Shown piece after piece: positions 1 to 9,425 of a stretch of DNA of 64,000 nucleotides. Position 1 is the first letter of the stretch. Each line of letters begins with the position of its first letter. This DNA comes from an uncultured Haloferula sp. (GTDB lineage: Bacteria; Verrucomicrobiota; Verrucomicrobiia; Verrucomicrobiales; Akkermansiaceae). The notes beneath the pieces are model-generated. The model did not search any database, was not told where the DNA came from, and saw only the letters and a program-made list of their open reading frames with translations. The translations under genes were made by a program, and so were the position numbers. The stretch is from NCBI GenBank assembly GCA_965652295.1, contig CBFGTS010000001.1, positions 448,001 through 512,000 of the forward strand, in the 5' to 3' direction.

Positions 1-1
1 G

Positions 2-646
2 ATCAAGATGGCGGGCATCATGATGCGCGAGAGCGTGGGTGAGGATGCCTGCTTCGCCGCCCTGACCACAGGCGAATACGGCGGACGTCAGGCGCGTTTC
101 CGGACCCGCTCGGAGACGGATGGTCGCACGACCACCCACTACGGCTGCGACTACACCTGGCCGCCTGTTTGGTTCCGCATCCAGCGCAGCGGCGATGTTT
201 TCAGCGGTTTCCAATCCATCGATGGCATCGAGTGGTTCGAGATCGGCGAGAGTGAGATCGCGATGCCCTCGAAGATGCTCGTCGGTTTCCTGGTGGCGGG
301 CGAAGACGATGATCGCGAGGAATCGGTCGCCACGTTCTGTGAGGCCAGCGGTGAAGCAAGCCCTCCGTCACCACCCGCCGCACCGGAGGGACTTTCCGCG
401 GAAGCGGGTGACGGCCGCGTCGAGCTTGCCTGGCAGCATCCCGGTGAGGACGGGGTTGCCGGATTCAAGGTCGAAGCCTCCATCGACGGTGCTCCTTTCC
501 ACGAAATCTCCGACCTGCCTTCGGACTCGCGGGGTTTCATCAACACGGGGCGGAAAGAGCCGTCCACCATCCGCTACCGGGTCCGCGCCTACAATCGCGG
601 CGGCTACTCCGGGTATTCCAGTGTCGCTTCGCAAGAAGGACGATGA
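2..646 (+). CDS. 5'-partial secreted carbohydrate-active protein C-terminus: ConA/LamG-like domain plus fibronectin type III domain
   Basis: Frame is open from the window edge. KMAGIMMRES...PVWFRIQRSGDVFSGFQSIDG fits a beta-sandwich module; PAAPEGLSA...LAW...YRYRVRAYNRGGYSGYS fits FN3. Confidence 0.65.
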   Translation: MKMAGIMMRESVGEDACFAALTTGEYGGRQARFRTRSETDGRTTTHYGCDYTWPPVWFRIQRSGDVFSGFQSIDGIEWFEIGESEIAMPSKMLVGFLVAGEDDDREESVATFCEASGEASPPSPPAAPEGLSAEAGDGRVELAWQHPGEDGVAGFKVEASIDGAPFHEISDLPSDSRGFINTGRKEPSTIRYRVRAYNRGGYSGYSSVASQEGR

Positions 647-880
647 AGATCCCAAGGGCATGGCACCGCCAAACCGACGGAGCGTTTTCACGTCCGCGGT
701 GGTCGTCGCCGGCGCTGTGACCCCCTGATCGCCGTTTGTCAGGGCGACGGAGGGGGTGGGATTTCGATATGGAGTGGTGCATCCCCTGACGGTGGGGAAC
801 CTTGCTCGTAGGGGGGAGCGGGTTTCTGATGGGAGGCGCGGACGGGCTCGAAAGCTCCGGCCGCCACCCATCCACGTTCC

Positions 881-3472
881 ATGAAGATCCTGATCACTTC
901 CGCCGCCGCGCTGACTCTTGCGGCCGGTTCTGCCTCCGGACGCGAGGCCCCGGCGGATCCCAATGCTCTCATTCCGCCCGCAACGCCACTCATCGCCTGC
1001 GACCCGTATTTCAGCATCTGGTCGCCGGCCGACCATTTGTCCGACGTCGAGACGTCCCACTGGACCGGCCGCCGCCATCAGCTCAGCAGCCTCGTCAAGA
1101 TCGATGGCGAGACCTTCCGGCTGATGGGTTCCTCTCCCGCGTCCGTCCCCGCTCTGGAGCAGACGGCGCTGACGGTCATGCCCACGCGCACCCTGTATTC
1201 CTTCGAGGGCGGCGGGGTGAAGATCGACCTGACCTTCACCACTCCCGCGTTGCCCGACGACATGGCGCTGCTTTCCCGCCCGGTCACCTACCTTACCTAC
1301 GAAGCGCGGGCGACGGATGGCAAGGAGCACACCGTTTCGATCTTCTTCGGTGCTTCGGGAGAACTCACCGTCAATGACGTCGGTCAGGCCGTGCAGTGGC
1401 AGGGTGGGGTGAAGGATGGCCTCTCGATCCTGAAAATGGGCTCGAAGGAGCAGCGCATTCTCGGGAAAAAGGGCGACGATCTGCGGATCGACTGGGGCTA
1501 CCTCTACGTCGCCGCGCCACAGTCGTCCACGGAGTCGACCACCTTCGGCCGGGTGACCGATCTCGCTTTCTCGTTCGCCGCGTCGGATCTCGAAAAATCC
1601 GCTGACTCGGGCGAGGCGGACAAGGCCGATCAGACCGGCGCGGGCCTCGTGCTCAAGCCTCTGAAAGTCGGTTCCGAGCCGGTTTCGAGCTGGCTGATGG
1701 TCGCCTATGACGACCTGTTTTCGATCCAATACAACCACGCCAACCTCCGCCCCTACTGGCGCAAGGACGGGTGGGAAGCGCAGGACCTGCTCAAGGCATC
1801 GGCGGAGGAATACGACGCGCTCATGAAGCGCTGCGAAGACTTCGACAACGAACTCTTCGCCGACCTCGAGAAAATGGGCGGCGTCCAATATGCGAAAATC
1901 TGCGCGCTGGCCTACCGTCAGTGCTTCGCCGCGGGCAAGTTCGTGGCGGACAAGAACGGCCAGCCGCTCCAGTTCTCGAAGGAGAACCATTCGAACGGCT
2001 GCATTGCCACCTCGGATGTCTTCTACCCGATGGCACCGCAGTTTCTGTTGATGGGCCCGACGGTGGCGAAGTCGTTCATCGTGCCCTTCATGGAATATGC
2101 CATGAGCGAGCGCTGGAAGTTCCCCTTCGCTCCCCACGATCTCGGTACCTACCCGCTCGCCAACGGGCAGGTCTATGGCGGAGGCGAGACCAGTGAGGAG
2201 AACCAGATGCCTGTCGAGGAGTGCGGAAACCTCCTCATCCTCATGGCTGCGGTCGCGGAAATGGAGGGTAATGCCAAGTTCTCCGAACCCTACTGGAGCC
2301 GCCTTGAGGAATGGGCGAACTACCTGAAGAAGGAAGGCTTCGACCCGCCGAACCAGCTCTGCACCGACGATTTCGCCGGTCACCTCGCCCACAACGTGAA
2401 CCTCAGCGCCAAGGCGATCTGTGGACTGGCATCCTTCGCCAAACTCTGCGAGCTGCGCGGAGATGAGGCCAAGGCCGCGGATTTCCGCGCCACCGCCAAG
2501 CGCTTCGCCGAGCGCTGGATCGAGGAAGCCGACGATGGTGATCACTACCGCCTCGCCTTTGACCGGGAAAACACCTGGAGCCAGAAATACAACCTCGTCT
2601 GGGACCGCATCTTCAACTTCGGGCTTTTCCCCGAAAAGGTTTTCGAAACCGAGATGACCTATTACCGCAAGGTGCAGAACAAGTATGGCCTGCCTCTCGA
2701 CAACCGCTCGGACTACACCAAGCTCGACTGGATCCTGTGGACCGCCACGCTGACCGAAAAGCCCGAGGACTTCGACGCTCTCGTCTCGCCGGTGTTCCTT
2801 TTCCTCAACGAAACGCCGGACCGGTCGCCGATGACCGACTGGTATTTCACCTCCACCGCCGAGAAGCGCGGATTCACCGCCCGCCCGGTGGTGGGAGGCG
2901 TGTTCCTCCGCGCGCTTTACGACAAGGACGTGTGGAAAAAGTACGCCTCCCGCGACAAGACGAAGGCGGCGAACTGGGCACCGATGCCCGACTACGTCCC
3001 GCCGGTGGTGACGCCGGTGGTCGAGGCCGGCGACAAGAAGTCGAACATCCAGTGGGCTTACACGTTCGAGCGCCCTGCGGATGGCTGGATGAAGCCAGGT
3101 TTCGATGACAGCGACTGGAAGACCGGAACTGCCGGCTTCGGCAGCGACGGCACACCCAACGCCAAGAACCGCACCCAGTGGACCGGCAGCGATATCTGGA
3201 TCCGCCGCGAATTCGACCTGAAAACCGGTGCCTCCGACGACCTCAAGCTGTGGGTTTTCCACGACGAGGATGCGGACATCTACCTCAACGGCGTTCCGGC
3301 AGCGACCCTCGGTGGTTTCACCACCGGCTACGAGATTTTCGAGATTTCCTCCGAAGCGAAAGCCGCCCTCAAGCGAGGGAAGAACGTCATCGCCGTCCAC
3401 TGCCATCAGGAGCAGGGCGGGCAGTACATCGACGTCGGCCTCGTGGAGGTGAAGCCCGGCAAGAAGAAGTGA
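881..3472 (+). CDS. Glutaminase A (GtaA)-like DUF4965/DUF5127/DUF1793 family protein with C-terminal sugar-binding-like domain
   Basis: Signal peptide; PATPLIACDPYFSIWS, FSKENHSNGCIATSDVFYP, APHDLGTYPLANGQVYG, MPVEECGN, QLCTDDFAG, WSQKYNLVWD; C-terminal W..P.FDDSDW...WIRREF...HDEDADIYLNG. Confidence 0.8.
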   Translation: MKILITSAAALTLAAGSASGREAPADPNALIPPATPLIACDPYFSIWSPADHLSDVETSHWTGRRHQLSSLVKIDGETFRLMGSSPASVPALEQTALTVMPTRTLYSFEGGGVKIDLTFTTPALPDDMALLSRPVTYLTYEARATDGKEHTVSIFFGASGELTVNDVGQAVQWQGGVKDGLSILKMGSKEQRILGKKGDDLRIDWGYLYVAAPQSSTESTTFGRVTDLAFSFAASDLEKSADSGEADKADQTGAGLVLKPLKVGSEPVSSWLMVAYDDLFSIQYNHANLRPYWRKDGWEAQDLLKASAEEYDALMKRCEDFDNELFADLEKMGGVQYAKICALAYRQCFAAGKFVADKNGQPLQFSKENHSNGCIATSDVFYPMAPQFLLMGPTVAKSFIVPFMEYAMSERWKFPFAPHDLGTYPLANGQVYGGGETSEENQMPVEECGNLLILMAAVAEMEGNAKFSEPYWSRLEEWANYLKKEGFDPPNQLCTDDFAGHLAHNVNLSAKAICGLASFAKLCELRGDEAKAADFRATAKRFAERWIEEADDGDHYRLAFDRENTWSQKYNLVWDRIFNFGLFPEKVFETEMTYYRKVQNKYGLPLDNRSDYTKLDWILWTATLTEKPEDFDALVSPVFLFLNETPDRSPMTDWYFTSTAEKRGFTARPVVGGVFLRALYDKDVWKKYASRDKTKAANWAPMPDYVPPVVTPVVEAGDKKSNIQWAYTFERPADGWMKPGFDDSDWKTGTAGFGSDGTPNAKNRTQWTGSDIWIRREFDLKTGASDDLKLWVFHDEDADIYLNGVPAATLGGFTTGYEIFEISSEAKAALKRGKNVIAVHCHQEQGGQYIDVGLVEVKPGKKK

Positions 3473-3666
3473 TGCCCGGCTGAGAAGCCATTTTGTCATC
3501 AACCCAAGACGCAGCTGCGGGTCATGGACATCGTCCATGGCCCGCACGTTGTTTGCGGCGTCTCATGCGCCCGCAGCCCCGGTAGAACAAGGGATGGCGA
3601 GGTTCGCGCGGTTTCTTCAGGGACCTTTCCATTGTCGGCTGCCTGATCGCTGCTAGGTTGAAGGCG

Positions 3667-4437
3667 ATGGAGGAAAGCAAAGCCGTCAGGCTGATTTGTT
3701 CGGATATCGATGGCACCCTGCTGGGTGACGCCGGTGCCACCCGCGATCTTCGTTCCACTTGGGATGCGTTGCCTGAAACCAGGCCGGTGTTGGTGTTCAG
3801 CACCGGCCGTTTGCTGGGAGACGCGATTGAGACGGCGGAGGTCAATGGCCTGCCGCGGCCCGATTTCGTGATCGGCGGAGTGGGCACGATGGTTTTCAAC
3901 GGCCGCTCCGGCTCGCGGCTCGATGAGTTTTCAAAGGTCCTCGACGAGAACTGGGACCGGGCCGCGGTGGACCGGATCGTCCGGGATTTCGCCGGCATCA
4001 CGCCGCAGCCGCCGGAGCAGCAGCACGAGTGGAAGAGCAGTTGGTTCTGGCACGAGGCGGCCCCTGATCGGATCCGGGAACTGGAGGAGGCGCTGCGCTC
4101 GGCCGGAGTCGGTGCGCAGGTGATCTATTCCTCGGCGCGGGATCTCGATGTGCTGCCGTTGGCCGCCAACAAGGGCAATGCGTTGCGGTGGCTGTGCGGA
4201 CATCTGGGCATCGGCCTCGATGAGGCGGTCACGGCGGGCGACACCGGCAACGATGTTTCCATGCTGCTCGCGCCCGGCGTGAGAGGCATCGCCGTCGGAA
4301 ATTCCGAGCCGGAGCTGCTGGATGCCATCCGGGGCAGCTCCGTTTACTTTGCTCGCGCCCGCTGTGCGGCGGGCGTCCTCGAGGGTCTTGTTCACTACGG
4401 CGTCATCCGGGAGACCGTCCCGGCCACCAAGGCATGA
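3667..4437 (+). CDS. HAD-IIB hydrolase, sucrose-phosphate phosphatase-like
   Basis: SDIDGTL, STGR, LDVLP..ANKGNAL and GDTGND motifs. Overlaps the SPS start (ATGA). Start chosen at the ATG 7 nt after TAGGTT. Confidence 0.85.
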   Translation: MEESKAVRLICSDIDGTLLGDAGATRDLRSTWDALPETRPVLVFSTGRLLGDAIETAEVNGLPRPDFVIGGVGTMVFNGRSGSRLDEFSKVLDENWDRAAVDRIVRDFAGITPQPPEQQHEWKSSWFWHEAAPDRIRELEEALRSAGVGAQVIYSSARDLDVLPLAANKGNALRWLCGHLGIGLDEAVTAGDTGNDVSMLLAPGVRGIAVGNSEPELLDAIRGSSVYFARARCAAGVLEGLVHYGVIRETVPATKA

Positions 4438-6632
4438 AGAGCAAACTCGACATTCTCCATTTTTCGATCCACGGGCTGATCCGCGGAGCCAAGCTGGAAC
4501 TCGGCCGCGATCCCGACACGGGAGGCCAGTGCCTCTACGTGCTGGAGCTGGTGAAGGCGCTCGCCCGCCGCGAGGAGGTCGGCCGCGTCTCGCTGGTCAC
4601 GCGCAAGGTGTTCGATCGTCATGTCTCCGCCGACTACGCGCAGGAGCGAGAGCTGCTCGGTGGTGCGGGCGATATCTGCCGCATCGAGGCCGGCCCGCGG
4701 AGGTATCTGCGGAAGGAAGTGCTGTGGAGGCATCTCGACAGTTTCATCGATGGCACGCTGGCCTGGCTGCGGCGCGAGAAGCGGGTGCCCGATCTCGTCC
4801 ACGCGCACTACGCGGATGCCGGTTACGTCGGGCGTCAGGTCGCGGCGGTGCTCGGTTGCCCCTTCGTTTTCACCGGCCACTCGCTGGGCCGGGTGAAACG
4901 CGAGCGACTCATTGAGGGCGGGGCTTCCGCGGAGGAAATCGAAAAGCGCTACAATCTCGCTGCGAGGATCGAGGCCGAGGAGCTGAGCCTCGACGCCGCC
5001 TCGATGGTCTGCACCAGCACCCGGCAGGAGGTCGAGGAGCAGTATGCGATGTACGACCAGTATGCGGCCAGCCGGATGAAGGTGATCCCGCCGGGGGTGG
5101 ACCTGACCCGCTTCGATGGCGAAGGCGATCCGGAGGTGATGGCCTCGGTCGACGCGAAGATCAGCCGCTTTCTCGCCGATCCGTCGAAGCCCGCGGTGTT
5201 GGCGATCGCCCGGGCCGATGAACGGAAGAATCTCACCGGTCTGGTTCGCGCCTTCGCCGGCAACCCTTGGCTGCGGGACAACGCCAATCTCATCGTGATC
5301 GGCGGCAACCGCAGCACTCTGGGCGAGCTGCCTCCGGGCGGCCGGAAGGTGTGGATCTCGCTGTTGAGGCTGATTGACGATTTTGACCTCTACGGCGTCT
5401 GTGCGATTCCCAAAAAGCATGAGTCCAATGAGGTGGCGGGCTTTTACCGCTGGGCGGCGGACCGCGGCGGCGTGTTCGTCAATCCTGCTTTCACCGAGCC
5501 TTTCGGGTTAACCCTGCTGGAGGCCTCCGCGGCCGGCATGCCGCTGGTGGCGACGCATGACGGCGGGCCGCGCGACATCCTGGCGAATTGCGAGAATGGC
5601 GAATTGGTGGATCCTCTGAAGCCGGATGAGATCGGCAATGCCATCGAGAGCATCCTTTCCGATCCCGCACGCCACCGTGAGCTGGCCAGCCGCGGACATG
5701 CGCGGGTGCGTGAGCACTACTCGTGGGACGCGCATGTGGACCACTACCTGCGCGAGCTGGAAACGGTGCTGCCCTCCAACCCGCGCGAATGGCACCAGGG
5801 AACCCGCCAGGTACTGGCCAAGGCCGACCACTGGGTGGTGATGGACCTGCCACCGCAGCTGGAGGACGAGTCGCGTGATCATCTCGAACGCTGGCGCCAG
5901 TTGTTCGAACCGAAAGGGGCCTCGGTGAGGCTCGGTTTCGGCATCGCCACCGGCCTTTCCTACGAGGATGCCTGGGCGGCGATCGAGCGGCTCGACATGC
6001 CGAAACCTTCCTTCGTGATCGCCGGTCTCGGGGCCACGATCCATTACGGCAAGGCCCGGGTGCGCGACGAAGTCTGGGAAAAGCAGGTCAGGCACCGCTG
6101 GAGCCGCGCCGGGGTGCTGGAGGCGCTGGAAGGATTCGAAGGCCTCGAACTCCAGCCGGAGTCGTGCCAGCACGAGCTGAAGGTGTCGTTTTTCCGGGAT
6201 ATCAAGTCCGGCCCGACCACCGCCGAGGTGGTCTCGCACCTGCGGGAAAAGGGTGTTTCCGGCAAGGTGATGATGACGGCGAACAGCTATCTCGATGTGG
6301 TGCCGGTCCGCTCCGGCAAGGATGTCGCCCTGCGTTACCTCGAATACAAGTGGGGCATCGATCCGGCGCGGATCTACTGCTACGGGATGTATGGTAATGA
6401 CGTCTCGGTCGTCCGCGGGCGGAACCTTTCGGCGATCGCCGCCGATGCCGACGAAGTTCTGCGGCGGCTGAGATCCCGACCACGCCTTTTCAAATGCAAG
6501 CAGCCGGGACTGGCGGGGCTGTTCGAGGGGCTCGATCACTACGGGGTGCTCGAGGGCGAGCCGCCGCCGCTCCCCGGCCAGGGGGCGACGAGCGATGACG
6601 AGGCGGTGTCCGATATCGAGCTGCTGACCTGA
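4434..6632 (+). CDS. Sucrose-phosphate synthase (GT4 domain plus degenerate SPP-like domain)
   Basis: SIHGLIRG..LELGRDPDTGGQ..YV.EL, YLRKEVLW, HAHYADAG, FTGHSLGR, RI.AEE, FVNPAFTEPFGLTLLEA. Confidence 0.9.
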   Translation: MKSKLDILHFSIHGLIRGAKLELGRDPDTGGQCLYVLELVKALARREEVGRVSLVTRKVFDRHVSADYAQERELLGGAGDICRIEAGPRRYLRKEVLWRHLDSFIDGTLAWLRREKRVPDLVHAHYADAGYVGRQVAAVLGCPFVFTGHSLGRVKRERLIEGGASAEEIEKRYNLAARIEAEELSLDAASMVCTSTRQEVEEQYAMYDQYAASRMKVIPPGVDLTRFDGEGDPEVMASVDAKISRFLADPSKPAVLAIARADERKNLTGLVRAFAGNPWLRDNANLIVIGGNRSTLGELPPGGRKVWISLLRLIDDFDLYGVCAIPKKHESNEVAGFYRWAADRGGVFVNPAFTEPFGLTLLEASAAGMPLVATHDGGPRDILANCENGELVDPLKPDEIGNAIESILSDPARHRELASRGHARVREHYSWDAHVDHYLRELETVLPSNPREWHQGTRQVLAKADHWVVMDLPPQLEDESRDHLERWRQLFEPKGASVRLGFGIATGLSYEDAWAAIERLDMPKPSFVIAGLGATIHYGKARVRDEVWEKQVRHRWSRAGVLEALEGFEGLELQPESCQHELKVSFFRDIKSGPTTAEVVSHLREKGVSGKVMMTANSYLDVVPVRSGKDVALRYLEYKWGIDPARIYCYGMYGNDVSVVRGRNLSAIAADADEVLRRLRSRPRLFKCKQPGLAGLFEGLDHYGVLEGEPPPLPGQGATSDDEAVSDIELLT

Positions 6633-6686
6633 TCCGTCGTCATTCGTCGCTTGAGCGGAAATGCGCGGGCTGCCTAGCCTCCGCGC

Positions 6687-7250
6687 ATGGCAAAGGGCTT
6701 CAAGGAATGGCAGGTGGTGTGCGACGCGTTGGCGTCCGGCCGCCAGGCCATCATTCTGCGCAAGGGCGGCATCCACGAAGGGCGCCAGGGATTCAGTTTC
6801 GGCGAGGAGTCGTTCTTCCTTTTTTCCACGCGTTTCCACAATCAGGCGCAGTTCGTCCGCGAGGGCGAGGTGAGCGTGGCTCCGGAGTGGGAGGTGGGCG
6901 ACACCGTAAGGATCGAGCACTTTTGTGAAGTGCCGTGGGCCCGAACCCTGACCTCGTGGGACGAAGTGGCGGCCCTGGCCGGCGAGCACATCTGGACGGA
7001 GGAGACGGTGCGCCAGCGTTTCGACTGGGAAGGCAAGGGCATGAGTGCTGGCAGCATCCATGTGGCGCTGGTCCGCGCCTTCCGCCTGGCCCGTCCATGG
7101 GAGTTCGCCTACGAAAAGAAATACGGTGGATGTCGTAGCTGGGTTGATCTGCCGGAGCCGCCGGAGGGTTGGCGCGAGGGCATGACGCCGGTGCTGGATG
7201 ACGCGGCCTTCGAGCGGCTTGCGGAGAAGCTCGAAAATTCCGCCGCGTGA
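6687..7250 (+). CDS. DUF1802 family protein
   Basis: KEW.VVC.AL.SGRQ.IILRKGGIHEG and YGGCRSWV motifs. Confidence 0.85.
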   Translation: MAKGFKEWQVVCDALASGRQAIILRKGGIHEGRQGFSFGEESFFLFSTRFHNQAQFVREGEVSVAPEWEVGDTVRIEHFCEVPWARTLTSWDEVAALAGEHIWTEETVRQRFDWEGKGMSAGSIHVALVRAFRLARPWEFAYEKKYGGCRSWVDLPEPPEGWREGMTPVLDDAAFERLAEKLENSAA

Positions 7251-8173
7251 GCGGGGATGGGCGGTCGCGGTGGAGGCGTGCGGGGGTCTTCGGGGACCTG
7301 CCGACGCGGCTTCTGATGCGAGCCCTGCGTTCGGTTCCGTGGTTCTGCGAACCGGTCTTGCTCTGGGGGTGGACGGCCTTGTTTTTCGGCGTAGCCGGGG
7401 TCCAGCGCCGGGCGGTGATGACGAACCTCGGCGCGATGTTCCCCTGTTGGAATTGGGTCCGGAGGTTCGCCGGAGCCTATCGGGTCTTCTGGAACTTCGC
7501 TGCGACCTACGTCGACGCCCTGCGGGTGGAAACGGGGACCGGCGAGGTCGATTGGGCGATCGATGGGATCGCGGATTTCGAGGAAATGGCGGCCTCGCCC
7601 GCGGGCTGCATCCTGCTCACCGCCCACATGGGCAACTACGACATGGCGGCCTCGCTTTTTTCCGAGCAGTTCGGTCGGACGGTGTGGGCGGTGCGGGCAC
7701 CGGAGCGGGAGCCGGAAATGCAGGCGATCAAGGAGGCGGAGCTGCGTCGCAAGGAGGAGCGGCACCCGCATTTCCGCACGCTCTACAATCAGGGAGGCGA
7801 GATGCTCGGCGTGGAGCTGGCGCGCATCCTCCGCCAGGGCGAGGTGGTGGCGATCCAGGGGGATCGGGTGGTGTTCGAGGTTTCCGGGATGGAGGTGGAG
7901 GTGGAGCCGGGTTTGCGGATGAAGCTGCCGCGCGGACCGCTGATGCTGGCACGGATCACGGGCGCGCCGGTGTATCCGCTCTTCATCGTGCGCGATGGCT
8001 GGCGGCGCTACCGGGTGAAGGTTTTTCCGCGGCTGGACCTGCCGCCGCGGCAACGGGGCAGTGAGCCTGCCGCCGAGCCGTGGGCGCGGGCGCTCTATGG
8101 TGTGGGAAAGGAGCACTGGCCGCAGTGGTCGGTGTTCGAGGGCGTTTTTCAGCGCAAGGGAGGTGGCGCGTGA
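7247..8173 (+). CDS. Lysophospholipid / lipid A (LpxL-like) acyltransferase
   Basis: LLTAHMGNYD (Hx4D), VVAIQGDR, LPRGP..LA..TGAPV, HWPQW. Confidence 0.8.
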   Translation: MSGDGRSRWRRAGVFGDLPTRLLMRALRSVPWFCEPVLLWGWTALFFGVAGVQRRAVMTNLGAMFPCWNWVRRFAGAYRVFWNFAATYVDALRVETGTGEVDWAIDGIADFEEMAASPAGCILLTAHMGNYDMAASLFSEQFGRTVWAVRAPEREPEMQAIKEAELRRKEERHPHFRTLYNQGGEMLGVELARILRQGEVVAIQGDRVVFEVSGMEVEVEPGLRMKLPRGPLMLARITGAPVYPLFIVRDGWRRYRVKVFPRLDLPPRQRGSEPAAEPWARALYGVGKEHWPQWSVFEGVFQRKGGGA

Positions 8174-8277
8174 GATCGACCGTGCCGGAAACGACGCGTG
8201 CCGCGACGCCGCTTTTCCGCCGGATCGGCGATGCTCGGCAGCCCGGCGACCGCACCCGTCCGGCTGCGGCGGCGGGG

Positions 8278-9339
8278 ATGAACCGGGTGGAGTTCGCCGT
8301 GATTTCGGTGCTGGTGCCGGCGGCGATCGCGGTGGCGGTGTTCGACGGGCTGTGGCGGTTTGGTGGCACCTGGCTGGCGTGGGCCGCGGTGCTTCCGGTC
8401 TTCTGGTTGATCATTCACGGTCTGGCATTTGCGCTTGGTGTCTCGAAACCCAAACCCGCCTTCTGGCTCTGGGCCGTGGTGCTTTCGGCCTGGGCTGCTT
8501 GGCGGGTCGGCGGGGGTGGTTGGGCCGCGGCGGTGGCCGGGGCTTGGCTTGGCTTTATCGCCTTGCAGGTGGTCGCGGGCGGTCTCGCGTTCCTGTGGCG
8601 GCGGGCGATGGCGGTGCGCGGCTGGCCGGGTATCGGAGTGCGTGCTCTGGCCTGCGTGCTGCTGCACGTGCCGGCGCTCGTCCTTTGCTGGAAGTATGGC
8701 TGCGGCTGGGAACTTCTGGCGATCTTCGCCACCGGCTTGCTCTGGGTCTGGGGAACCTTCGTTCCCGGCTCCCAGCTTTTCGGGCCCGTAGCCCGCCGGG
8801 TCGAGGGCGAGGGGGTGCTGATCACCATCGACGACGGACCGGATCCGCACGACACGCCCCGGCTTCTCGACCTGCTCGACCAGCATGGCCGCAAGGCGGT
8901 GTTCTTTGTGATCGGGGAGAAAGTACGACGTTACCCGGAGTTGGCCCGCGAGATCGTCGCGCGCGGTCACGAGCTGGGGAACCACACGATGACGCATCCG
9001 CAGGCCACGATGTGGTGTCTCGGCCCGTGGCGGACCCGGCGGGAGATCCGCGGATGCCAGCAGGTGATCGTGGAGGTGACCGGCTTCAAACCCCGCTGGT
9101 ATCGGGCTCCGGTCGGTCACCGCAACTACTTCACCCATCCTTTCGCCGCCGAGCTGGGTCTTGAAGTCGTGGCCTGGACCCGACGCGGTTTCGACGCGGT
9201 CGAGCGGGATGTGGAGAAAATCCTGTCGGCTCTTTGTGACCGGGCGGGCGAGGGCGACATCCTCCTGCTTCACGAAAGTACACCTGTGGCGGAAGAGGTG
9301 CTGCGCGGCGTGCTGGAGCGGACGGACGGGCGCGGGTGA
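8278..9339 (+). CDS. Membrane-anchored polysaccharide deacetylase (NodB/CE4)
   Basis: Several N-terminal TM segments, then ITIDDGPDP, GHELGNHTMTH, YRAPVG, ILLLHE. Confidence 0.85.
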   Translation: MNRVEFAVISVLVPAAIAVAVFDGLWRFGGTWLAWAAVLPVFWLIIHGLAFALGVSKPKPAFWLWAVVLSAWAAWRVGGGGWAAAVAGAWLGFIALQVVAGGLAFLWRRAMAVRGWPGIGVRALACVLLHVPALVLCWKYGCGWELLAIFATGLLWVWGTFVPGSQLFGPVARRVEGEGVLITIDDGPDPHDTPRLLDLLDQHGRKAVFFVIGEKVRRYPELAREIVARGHELGNHTMTHPQATMWCLGPWRTRREIRGCQQVIVEVTGFKPRWYRAPVGHRNYFTHPFAAELGLEVVAWTRRGFDAVERDVEKILSALCDRAGEGDILLLHESTPVAEEVLRGVLERTDGRG

Positions 9340-9425
9340 AAGACAGGATTTTGCGGATTTTCCCGCGGCTTGCCATTTGACCGCCGCGGATCGCGGAGGC
9401 TTGGTGCACGATCCTGTCTACTGCC

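Noticed and set aside
3516..3546. 14-bp hairpin TGCGGGTCATGGAC/GTCCATGGCCCGCA after the glutaminase-like gene
   Set aside because: No U-tract and no second copy noticed; cannot be classified beyond a possible 3' stabiliser.
368..3547. 1059-aa minus-strand ORF and many similar long shadow ORFs (e.g. 21956..23941, 52562..54433, 55716..57407)
   Set aside because: They lie antisense to well-supported genes, lack motifs, and are expected in high-GC DNA where stops are rare.
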